DNA of 35,332 nucleotides from a virus (IMGVR_UViG_3300036982_000137:1-35332); one strand, 5' to 3'; counted from the stretch's first letter, positions 26,269 to 33,211 are shown. Notes: a model not told the origin generated them from the sequence alone. Program-made: numbers and translations.

Positions 26269-26478
26269 TTAATCTAGGTCATTGTCAGCCAACAAGCATA
26301 GGCCTATGCAGTTGATATCAAAATCAGGTTTTAACCCTAAATTGTAAAAGTGACTAGCCCACTGTAGGGCAACCCTTGCACCGACTTGATCCCTACCATT
26401 ACCTAATGTTTTCAGAATCAACATTTCATCACTTGTCAAAGTTAGATAAATGTTATTTGGGTGCTTTTTGTATGCCAT
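26269..26478 (-). CDS. Small putative DNA-binding (RHH-like) protein
   Basis: IYLTLTSDEMLILKTLGNG...GARVAL strand-helix-Gly-helix pattern. Confidence 0.5.
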   Translation of the reverse strand: MAYKKHPNNIYLTLTSDEMLILKTLGNGRDQVGARVALQWASHFYNLGLKPDFDINCIGLCLLADNDLD

Positions 26479-26932
26479 GTAGCTCGTGCCTTAAATATTC
26501 TGCGATTAGTAGGGCTTCTGCCTTATTCCCGTCCTTCTTTAGCTTTAGCTTGGCTTCAGGCCAGTAATAACGTGCCATGTCCAGCGACTCGTTTTTATCG
26601 GCTGATAGGTGGAAATGCTTTTTCCAGCGTTGTGGAGTGACTAGGTGAACAGGGTATCGGGTTAACTCACAAACGGCTGAAATAACACCTACAGCCCTAC
26701 CGAATGCAAAAGTACTACTCACTCCTTGATTAGGCATACTATGCACCTGTTCCATACAGATTTCAGCCCCTACCTTTGGGTCAACAATGGATAGAATCCG
26801 ACTCTTGAAAACCAGTGCCAGAATGTGCTTGTCCTGATGTTCAATGTTAAATGCTTCTAGGTAATTCCCATCATGATCGACTGCACCTAATGCGCCTGAA
26901 ACAGAACCTGGGTCTACACCTATGAACACCAA
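26453..26932 (-). CDS. ruvC: RuvC-like Holliday junction resolvase
   Basis: IGVDPG, MEQVHSMP.QGVSSTFAFG, VTPQRWKK, DG.KAEALLIA. Confidence 0.88.
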   Translation of the reverse strand: MVFIGVDPGSVSGALGAVDHDGNYLEAFNIEHQDKHILALVFKSRILSIVDPKVGAEICMEQVHSMPNQGVSSTFAFGRAVGVISAVCELTRYPVHLVTPQRWKKHFHLSADKNESLDMARYYWPEAKLKLKKDGNKAEALLIAEYLRHELHGIQKAPK

Positions 26933-27447
26933 GATAATTCCCCTTTTTGTGCAGATGTAATTAACCTACTGCAATGTTCTTTTGAAATGTCAAATTGTTT
27001 AGCAATATCAACGACTTTTGTTTTTTCTTGTCTTAATTTAAGCATTGCTTGTATTTGTTCTCCCATAATTTTTGTTCTTGGATGTTTTTCTCTGGGTGCG
27101 TCTTTTATCCATCTGTTTGACCTGTTTTTGCTAACCCTGTCCATGATATTGTCCGTATTTGTTCCCAAAAACAAATGATTTGGATTGCAGCATGGCCTGT
27201 TATCGCATTTATGTAAAACGTGCATTCCATTAGGGATTTCACCTACATTGACCATCCAACTCAATCTATGAGCTTGTAATGCCTTACTGCCTCTGCCGCC
27301 TATTCTGGTTTGACCATAGCCATTTGGTGTAATGTAAGCACCCCATAACCAGCATTCATTGATTGCACCTTTAATGCAATGACGTTCAAATATTTCAGCG
27401 GGTGAGCTTATATATTGCCCATTTTTAGATTTTTGTTTGTAAATCAT
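26920..27447 (-). CDS. HNH (homing-type) endonuclease with C-terminal HTH
   Basis: CWLW...GYG...AHRLSW...VLHKCDNRPCCNPNHLFLGTNTDN; IAKQFDIS HTH. Start refined to MIYKQK. Confidence 0.88.
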   Translation of the reverse strand: MIYKQKSKNGQYISSPAEIFERHCIKGAINECWLWGAYITPNGYGQTRIGGRGSKALQAHRLSWMVNVGEIPNGMHVLHKCDNRPCCNPNHLFLGTNTDNIMDRVSKNRSNRWIKDAPREKHPRTKIMGEQIQAMLKLRQEKTKVVDIAKQFDISKEHCSRLITSAQKGELSWCS

Positions 27448-27451
27448 AGAC

Positions 27452-28300
27452 TTAGTCTCCGCAGAAACAAGGGATTGCTTCTTCGTTGGGGTCAATATTT
27501 CCAAACATATCTGTTTGTTGCAGTGCAAAATCATACATTTCCTTGTAACTTGGCCTATCTTTTCTGAATTTTGCTCCATCGCCATATGTTTTGTTTGACG
27601 AATTAGCGTGTGCCTCCATTTTCATCCACCATAATGCCCTTTCAGGCTTTTCAGCAATCAGTGACATGATCTGATGCGTTGGCTTTAGGAAACACAAATC
27701 ACAATTGCCGTGCATTGTGACTCCATTCATGTTTGGCAGACCCAAGTCAAAAGACTGGTTTCTCCAAAACTCTCCAACTGTCTGCTTGGTGACTCCTGCC
27801 GTTACTAGTGGTGTGCGGCTTCTGTCCATTTTGGCTGCTCTACGCATTTCATCAGCCCTTATACCAACCCAATCAGAGTTTTCGTCATGATGCCAACCGA
27901 TTGACTTCAAATAGTGGTTAATCACCCTGATCTTGAGCTTGGCAGTGCATATTCTGGCAACAGGATTAGGCAGGTATGGCGAACCGTTTTTGTCAATCAG
28001 TTCAAAAAAGGGCTCACCTTCACGAGAAGCCGTCTCAAAAGTCACCCTTCTCCACCTATTAGCAGGTACTTCCTCGTATTTGTACTCTAGCCAATGAATC
28101 TCAACACCCCAATTCTTCTCGCAATCATGGACAAACTGCAAAGTGGCTTCTTCTTCCTTGCCTGTATTGGCAAAACAAACAATTGCTTCAGACGGTAAAG
28201 TCATATTGTTGGCTTCCAATATACGATAAAGCATATAAGCGGAAGTCCTACCACCTGAAAAACTGATGCAAGTAGGTTCATTTATCAGAAACGGATTCAT
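27452..28300 (-). CDS. PAPS-reductase-like (PP-loop, Fe-S) protein
   Basis: ISFSGGRTS, FANTGKE, RICT.KLK, GIRADE..R, GNCDLCFLK, C-terminal CFC. Confidence 0.85.
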   Translation of the reverse strand: MNPFLINEPTCISFSGGRTSAYMLYRILEANNMTLPSEAIVCFANTGKEEEATLQFVHDCEKNWGVEIHWLEYKYEEVPANRWRRVTFETASREGEPFFELIDKNGSPYLPNPVARICTAKLKIRVINHYLKSIGWHHDENSDWVGIRADEMRRAAKMDRSRTPLVTAGVTKQTVGEFWRNQSFDLGLPNMNGVTMHGNCDLCFLKPTHQIMSLIAEKPERALWWMKMEAHANSSNKTYGDGAKFRKDRPSYKEMYDFALQQTDMFGNIDPNEEAIPCFCGD

Positions 28301-28463
28301 TGTTTGCTTTCATTTTGGCTATCAATTCCTGACTGATTCCCTGATAAATCCCTAGATAGTGATTCTCCAGTTCCTTTGCCCTGTGCCACGCATAGGCTTT
28401 CCAGCCACTCGTTGATGCCATCGTTATCAAATGGTCGAGCGTGGATTGGTAGTGGGCTTGCAA
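28278..28463 (-). CDS. Hypothetical protein overlapping the preceding gene
   Basis: GGAG-N3-TTG possible start; LDHLITMA...GWKAYAWHRAKELE looks protein-like. Confidence 0.45.
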   Translation of the reverse strand: MQAHYQSTLDHLITMASTSGWKAYAWHRAKELENHYLGIYQGISQELIAKMKANNESVSDK

Positions 28464-28566
28464 TGTCTCCGGTCTGCCAAAGGGCTTCTGTGACTTTGAT
28501 GAGGGATTGTCTGACGATTCCATCTTTTTGTTTGTCAAGTAGTTCGTTTGCTTGTTCTCTTGTCAT
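28297..28566 (-). CDS. Hypothetical protein
   Basis: MTREQANELLD...ALWQTGD; ATGA-coupled on both sides. Confidence 0.6.
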   Translation of the reverse strand: MTREQANELLDKQKDGIVRQSLIKVTEALWQTGDIASPLPIHARPFDNDGINEWLESLCVAQGKGTGESLSRDLSGNQSGIDSQNESKQ

Positions 28567-28931
28567 TGTCTACCCCTAAGTGCTGCTAATCTTTCCCTGA
28601 TATGGTCAGGCATAGAAACGGCTTTTTGGCGGTCTTGCTCCAGTTTGGCTAAGGCAGGGTCAATTTGTGGTTTTGACTGCATCTCAGGCACTTCTGCGCC
28701 GTCCCATCGCTGTTGGTTCAAGTAAACCAAAGGGGCAGGAATAAAAGCACCGTTTGCTTTCAGCCATTGCTCTGTTGTTTTCATCCATGCAAGGTGTTTA
28801 AGGATTTGATCTGCTTGAGTGTCGCAATAAGACTTTACCCACACTTGTTTACATTTAGCCTTTGCCCCTTTTCTTGGAGTGTTAGGCCACATTTTCCAGA
28901 AGTCATCAAACATCGGTTTACTTTCAGACAT
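28563..28931 (-). CDS. Replication initiator C-terminal (replisome-organiser-like) domain protein
   Basis: FDDFWKMWP..RKGAK...W...FIPAPLVYLNQQRWD; GGAG RBS before MSESKP; no N-terminal wHTH. Confidence 0.75.
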   Translation of the reverse strand: MSESKPMFDDFWKMWPNTPRKGAKAKCKQVWVKSYCDTQADQILKHLAWMKTTEQWLKANGAFIPAPLVYLNQQRWDGAEVPEMQSKPQIDPALAKLEQDRQKAVSMPDHIRERLAALRGRQ

Positions 28932-28939
28932 AGGTTCTC

Positions 28940-29374
28940 CAAGGGTGGATAGACTCGTTTCTATCCTACCTGCTCCAGACTTATCTGTATTCATTATCAA
29001 CTCCTATCAACTAGAAAAAACAAAGAAGCCCCAAGTGCGCTTGACGGATTTGTTCGCTTATACATTTGGCCTTGTTTACCACCGTGTACCAAATGCTTTA
29101 CCAGTCGCCAAATCAACGCTGGTCGCCTTTTGCTCTGGGGTGTATCAGAGTGCGGTGTTTTCTTCCAAGCAGTCCATGCAGACTCACTACTATCGTGTGG
29201 AGTACGGTCTGCAAAAGCAAAAACCCCGCAAAATGCTCTGTGGTCTTGGCTCTTGGTTTGAGCAGCAGCTAAACGATTGAATCGACAAAAGTCACGCTTG
29301 CCACCTTGCAAGACCACACAGTACTCTGCGGGGTTCTCTGTCGATTCATCGTCTAGATACCACTCCAGACGATG
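28940..29374 (-). ncRNA. Candidate structured leader RNA with antisense/attenuator module
   Basis: 11-bp 5' hairpin, 29-bp stem plus U tract, internal 29-nt complementarity, and at least five further hairpins. See findings. Confidence 0.6.
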
Positions 29375-29377
29375 CAA

Positions 29378-29405
29378 ATTATACATAGAAAACAATTTGC
29401 GTCAA
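29378..29405 (-). promoter_or_regulatory. Strong sigma70 promoter
   Basis: TTGACG-N16-TATAAT on the minus strand. Confidence 0.75.
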
Positions 29406-29406
29406 A

Positions 29407-29583
29407 CTATTTTTTTTTATCAAAATCAGATTCTCTTTTCTTGCGCTGCTCAATCGAAGCGGCAAGCAGTTTCCGCAACCATATTGCCCCTCCCATATTG
29501 TGAAATTCCTCTCTCAGGGACTTACTTACCCTGACTGCAATCTGCATATTGCTGCCCGTTAGTTCTGATGGCGGTCTTGGCAT
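29407..29583 (-). CDS. 58-aa ribbon-helix-helix (Arc-like) regulator
   Basis: MPRPPSELTGSNMQIAVRVSKSLREEFHNMGGAIWLRKLLAAS...; strand IAVRV plus GGAxWLR motif. Not in the ORF track. Confidence 0.7.
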   Translation of the reverse strand: MPRPPSELTGSNMQIAVRVSKSLREEFHNMGGAIWLRKLLAASIEQRKKRESDFDKKK

Positions 29584-29619
29584 TTTGTTGTCTGTTGGTT
29601 AAAAGTAACGAATTGTTGC

Positions 29620-29690
29620 TTGTGTCTAACATTACACAATAAGGGAATATCCTAGTGTCAGACATAACATATTATGTCATACACTACACA
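29620..29690. promoter_or_regulatory. Divergent control region with TGTC-N-GACA-like operators
   Basis: TGTCTAACA (29623), TGTCAGACA (29656), TGTCATACA (29675); a further TGTCTGACA at 30147. Confidence 0.55.
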
Positions 29691-29713
29691 CTCAACAACT
29701 TGAAAGGTGTCCC

Positions 29714-29884
29714 ATGACGTTACGTTACAAACCATTATTTGCAGATGAAAGCCGTGAAAAATGCCCGTTACTGGGCTGCGGCGGTACATTATTTGAAGAT
29801 GAGGGGTCTTACCACTGTCGTGGTTGCAACTCGTTCTTTTATCTTGAAGAAAAGACTCTTGAGGAAAGCTATGACGATGAGTGA
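29714..29884 (+). CDS. 56-aa zinc-ribbon protein
   Basis: AAGGTG RBS; CPLLGCGG...YHCRGC; acidic tail. Not in the ORF track. Confidence 0.65.
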   Translation: MTLRYKPLFADESREKCPLLGCGGTLFEDEGSYHCRGCNSFFYLEEKTLEESYDDE

Positions 29885-30119
29885 ATTCAACAGACCAACA
29901 TCAAATGACGAAACATATAACCATGTTGAGAGCATGAACAGGGTTAAGAAATCGTTTGATGAAGAAATGCAAAGGCGAGCCAAGACTCAACAGCAGTTCT
30001 ATGACCAGCTAAGAAACGGAGTAATTGATGAAGTCACTGTTGAAATTCAGAAGATGACAGGTTTTGGCAAAGATACGCTAGACAGTTTGTGTGTTTACGT
30101 TCAAGGAATGAAGAATTAG
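29877..30119 (+). CDS. Hypothetical protein
   Basis: GAGG RBS; LRNGVIDEV...GFGKDTLDSL motif. Start refined from 29739. Confidence 0.65.
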   Translation: MSEFNRPTSNDETYNHVESMNRVKKSFDEEMQRRAKTQQQFYDQLRNGVIDEVTVEIQKMTGFGKDTLDSLCVYVQGMKN

Positions 30120-30190
30120 GGAAATTCCCTATATCAATCATGATAGTGTCTGACAGAATACACGCATTGACAGGTTTTTAACAGGAGTAA

Positions 30191-30532
30191 ATGATGATTG
30201 ATTTGAAACGAGATACTTGGATGGCACTGCAAGACATGAGTTCAGAAGATGTTGCAGATGCGATATGCGATAGTCAGGCTATCGTAGAAGCAATACAGTC
30301 AAACGCTTGGTCTGATGTTGCCGACATGGTGAGAGCCAGAGTCGAATTAAAAGCACAGCGTCTTGCACAAGTCGCTAACGACTTACCTCTGACCCCTTGG
30401 GTAGACGAGGAAGAAGAATTAAACCTATGGCGTTGTTATCGTATTGAACGCCAGCAGGAAGCCTTGGAAGACTGCAAGGTAAAAGTTAAAATCAACCCCT
30501 ACTCCAAAGGCGAGGTCACTAATGAAGACTAA
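30191..30532 (+). CDS. Hypothetical acidic protein
   Basis: AGGAG RBS; D/E-rich helical sequence. Confidence 0.75.
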   Translation: MMIDLKRDTWMALQDMSSEDVADAICDSQAIVEAIQSNAWSDVADMVRARVELKAQRLAQVANDLPLTPWVDEEEELNLWRCYRIERQQEALEDCKVKVKINPYSKGEVTNED

Positions 30533-30710
30533 GCTCAACCTTGATCGTATTATTGAGGAACATTCAAATGAATACTACTGTGCATTCTGCGTTAAACCGC
30601 ATAGCCCGAAAAGCCCATGCTGCGATGATTCGTTTTTTATCTTATTTCGAGATTTGGATACCGACACTCAGCATCAACGAGCGTCAGAAATTGCGGCAAA
30701 AGGCGGCTAA
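30522..30710 (+). CDS. Small zinc-finger-like protein
   Basis: YCAFC.......CC...F; GAGG RBS. Confidence 0.6.
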   Translation: MKTKLNLDRIIEEHSNEYYCAFCVKPHSPKSPCCDDSFFILFRDLDTDTQHQRASEIAAKGG

Positions 30711-30897
30711 AAGAGTCAAGCAACAGCCAAAGGTACAACGGGTGGTTATGCCATCCAAACTAATCACTGACCCTGAATTTGGGTATGTGAACTCAGCCCT
30801 GACAGATGTGTCAGCAACATGGAAGAAGTTTGAAAAGAAAGGAGTTAAAGAGAGTAAGAAAGAAGAAGTGGTTAAACAAATTCGTAGAGTTCAATAA
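30625..30897 (+). CDS. Basic hypothetical protein
   Basis: LITDPEFGYVNSALTDVSATWKKF motif; start uncertain. Confidence 0.5.
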   Translation: MIRFLSYFEIWIPTLSINERQKLRQKAAKRVKQQPKVQRVVMPSKLITDPEFGYVNSALTDVSATWKKFEKKGVKESKKEEVVKQIRRVQ

Positions 30898-30911
30898 ATA
30901 ACAGGAGTTAA

Positions 30912-31475
30912 ATGATGAATCAAGAACAGGTGTTAAGTCTTCTCAGTAAGAATGTCAATGAACATATTGAGAAGAAAGGTAAATTGAGTTATTTGTCTTG
31001 GGCGTGGGCGTGGGCTGAAGCACTGAAAGCAGACCCTGATGCCTCTTACAAGACTGAAATGTTTGATGGCAAATGTTTTATGGAAATAAACGGCACTGCA
31101 ATGGTGTTCGTAACAGTCACAATGTTTGGCAAACCAATGACTTGCCAACTTCCAGTAATGAACCATCTTAATAAAGCAATTGAAAATCCTGATGCTTTTG
31201 CAGTCAACACTTCCATCATGCGCTGCATGACTAAGGCGTTGGCTTTACATGGACTCTCGTTGTACATCTATGCGGGTGAAGACTTGCCAGAGGGTGCGGG
31301 TTCAGACATTGATGTAAACGTGATGATCGACCACTTGGCAGCAATTGATACGGCATCCACACTTGAGGAATTAAAAGATGTATATGGCTATGCTTACGCT
31401 GCTTGCGATGGTGATAAAGGCTGGCTAAAGAAAGTAATTGATGCAAAAGAAAAGCGTAAAGGAGCATTGAAATGA
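30912..31475 (+). CDS. Sak3-like (DUF1071) single-strand annealing protein
   Basis: LSYLSWAWAW, QLPVMNH.NKAI, NTSIMRCMTKALALHGL.LYIYAGEDLP. Confidence 0.88.
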   Translation: MMNQEQVLSLLSKNVNEHIEKKGKLSYLSWAWAWAEALKADPDASYKTEMFDGKCFMEINGTAMVFVTVTMFGKPMTCQLPVMNHLNKAIENPDAFAVNTSIMRCMTKALALHGLSLYIYAGEDLPEGAGSDIDVNVMIDHLAAIDTASTLEELKDVYGYAYAACDGDKGWLKKVIDAKEKRKGALK

Positions 31476-31756
31476 AAGTCAAAACAATCGCACACATTCA
31501 CTATCTTAAATACGATTTTGAAGTAAATGGCAGGTATGAAGTTCTTAGTTTTAAGGCTAATGACGACTCTTTTCGTACCTATGTAGGCGAACAAGAAATT
31601 GAAATTGACGTACCTGATGACTATGACCCACGGTCGCAGAAAATTGCTGCTTTAGAAAAACAAAAGCAAAATGTCATGGCTGAGTATCAAAAGACCGTGA
31701 CTGAAATCAACGAGCGCATCAACAAACTGCAAGCATTGGAGTACACAAATGAGTGA
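31472..31756 (+). CDS. Hypothetical protein with C-terminal coiled coil
   Basis: DVPDDYDPR..KIAALE...INKLQALEY; coupled overlaps. Confidence 0.7.
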   Translation: MKVKTIAHIHYLKYDFEVNGRYEVLSFKANDDSFRTYVGEQEIEIDVPDDYDPRSQKIAALEKQKQNVMAEYQKTVTEINERINKLQALEYTNE

Positions 31757-32369
31757 TATTGAACAAGGTTCACCTGAATGGTTTGCACAGCGTTGTGGCA
31801 AAGCTACAGCATCTCGTATCTCAGACATTGTTGCCAAAACTAAGTCAGGCTACAGCACAAGCAGAGCAAACTACATGGCACAACTGGTAGTCGAGCGCAT
31901 GACTAACCAAGTGGCAGAGTCCTACAGCAATGCAGCTATGGAATGGGGTGTTGAGAACGAGGAATTTGCTCGTGCTGCATACGAGGCTAAAACAGGCAAT
32001 ATGGTCGATCAGGTAGGTGCTATTGACCATCCAAGGATTGCCATGTCTGCTGCCTCTCCTGATGGCCTTGTGGGTGATGATGGATGCTTGGAGATCAAGT
32101 GTCCGAACACGGCCACACACATTGAAACCCTTTTGGGTGACGAGCCAGCAAAGAAGTATTACGACCAAATGCAGTGGCAAATGGTTTGTGCAAACAGAAG
32201 TTGGTGCGACTTTGTGAGTTTCGACCCACGAATGCCATCGCACTTACAACTGTTTGTCAAAAGGATCGAGCGCAATGATATTTATATTGCAGAACTCGAA
32301 AGTGAGGTTATCTGCTTCTTGGCTGAAGTGGACGACAAGGTTAAAAAACTCAATGAAATCAAGGTGTAA
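31749..32369 (+). CDS. YqaJ / lambda-type exonuclease
   Basis: QGSPEWF..R.G..TAS, ASPDGL, LEIKCP, YYDQMQWQM, CDFVSFDPR. Confidence 0.93.
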   Translation: MSDIEQGSPEWFAQRCGKATASRISDIVAKTKSGYSTSRANYMAQLVVERMTNQVAESYSNAAMEWGVENEEFARAAYEAKTGNMVDQVGAIDHPRIAMSAASPDGLVGDDGCLEIKCPNTATHIETLLGDEPAKKYYDQMQWQMVCANRSWCDFVSFDPRMPSHLQLFVKRIERNDIYIAELESEVICFLAEVDDKVKKLNEIKV

Positions 32370-32371
32370 AT

Positions 32372-32518
32372 ATGGAACAAAATGTCAAAACAAATGAACT
32401 CAGTCATACAGATTGTCTGCAAGCCTTAAAAAAAGAAGTCAAAGGCGATATGAGGCAATCAGTCTTGTTGCAACTTATAGAAAAATTAGAACAACAAATT
32501 GAAGAAGGAGACTTCTAA
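32372..32518 (+). CDS. 48-aa hypothetical protein
   Basis: MEQNVKTNELSHTDCLQALKK...; AAGGTG RBS; TAATG overlap with the next gene. Not in the ORF track. Confidence 0.55.
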   Translation: MEQNVKTNELSHTDCLQALKKEVKGDMRQSVLLQLIEKLEQQIEEGDF

Positions 32519-32763
32519 TGGAACAACAGCGTGATAACTCAGGTGTATTGTTTAAGAACGACAAGAAAGAAAAATTTAATGATCCGGACTATAAAGGCAA
32601 CATTCGTGTGGATGGACAGGACTTCTGGCTATCAGCATGGATTAAAGAGGGAAAGAACAACAAGTTCATGGGATTAGCAGTCAACCCTAAAAAACCTAAA
32701 GAGGAACAAACAAGCCAGCCTAAAGGCAAGATTGAGGACATGGACGATCAAATCCCTTTTTGA
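32518..32763 (+). CDS. Single-stranded DNA-binding protein (small phage type)
   Basis: NSGVLFKN...PDYKG...WLSAW and acidic tail DDQIPF; follows annealase and exonuclease. Confidence 0.8.
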   Translation: MEQQRDNSGVLFKNDKKEKFNDPDYKGNIRVDGQDFWLSAWIKEGKNNKFMGLAVNPKKPKEEQTSQPKGKIEDMDDQIPF

Positions 32764-32819
32764 TGTAACTTAATGGGGAAAGCGTAAGTGAGTACCCACT
32801 AACTTTGATAGGAGTTGAT

Positions 32820-33116
32820 ATGACTTTAAGTTTTGTAGAACGTAAGCAGATATGGTGGAATTGGCATAAAGAGAATCCCCATGTTTGGGAATACTTTGAA
32901 ATGTTTGCCTTAGAAGCCGTAAGAATGGGGCGAACAAAAGTCAGTCATTGGCTGATAATCAACAGAATTAGGTGGGAAGTCACCATAGTCACTACTGGTT
33001 CAGACTTCAAGATTAGTAACGATTACATTGCTTTTTATGCAAGACTCTGGAAAGCAAAATACCCTGAATACAAGGACTTGTTTAACACTAAACACATGAT
33101 CGGAGAACCAAGATGA
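32820..33116 (+). CDS. Conserved phage hypothetical protein
   Basis: WHKENPHVW..F...IRWE...FKISND..AFYAR motif; AGGAG RBS. Confidence 0.75.
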   Translation: MTLSFVERKQIWWNWHKENPHVWEYFEMFALEAVRMGRTKVSHWLIINRIRWEVTIVTTGSDFKISNDYIAFYARLWKAKYPEYKDLFNTKHMIGEPR

Positions 33117-33211
33117 TTGCAAATATCCTGTCCCTGCTTTTCCTTTTGTCAATTGGTGGAGGAGTCTTCATACTTGGAATATGGGTCTTCCTCCACTTCT
33201 TTGACGATTAG
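33113..33211 (+). CDS. 32-aa single-TM microprotein
   Basis: MIANILSLLFLLSIGGGVFILGIWVFLHFFDD; GGAG RBS; ATGA-coupled; stop overlaps the convergent endolysin stop. Confidence 0.6.
   Translation: MIANILSLLFLLSIGGGVFILGIWVFLHFFDD

Noticed and set aside
28997-29395. 132-aa ORF as a real CDS
   Set aside because: It starts within the promoter spacer, upstream of the predicted TSS, lacks an RBS and recognisable motifs, and overlies strong RNA stems. Not fully excluded.
29739-29876. N-terminal extension of the 29739..30119 ORF
   Set aside because: The region is better explained by the 56-aa zinc-ribbon ORF (29714..29884) with its own RBS. The downstream gene has a GAGG RBS before 29871/29877.
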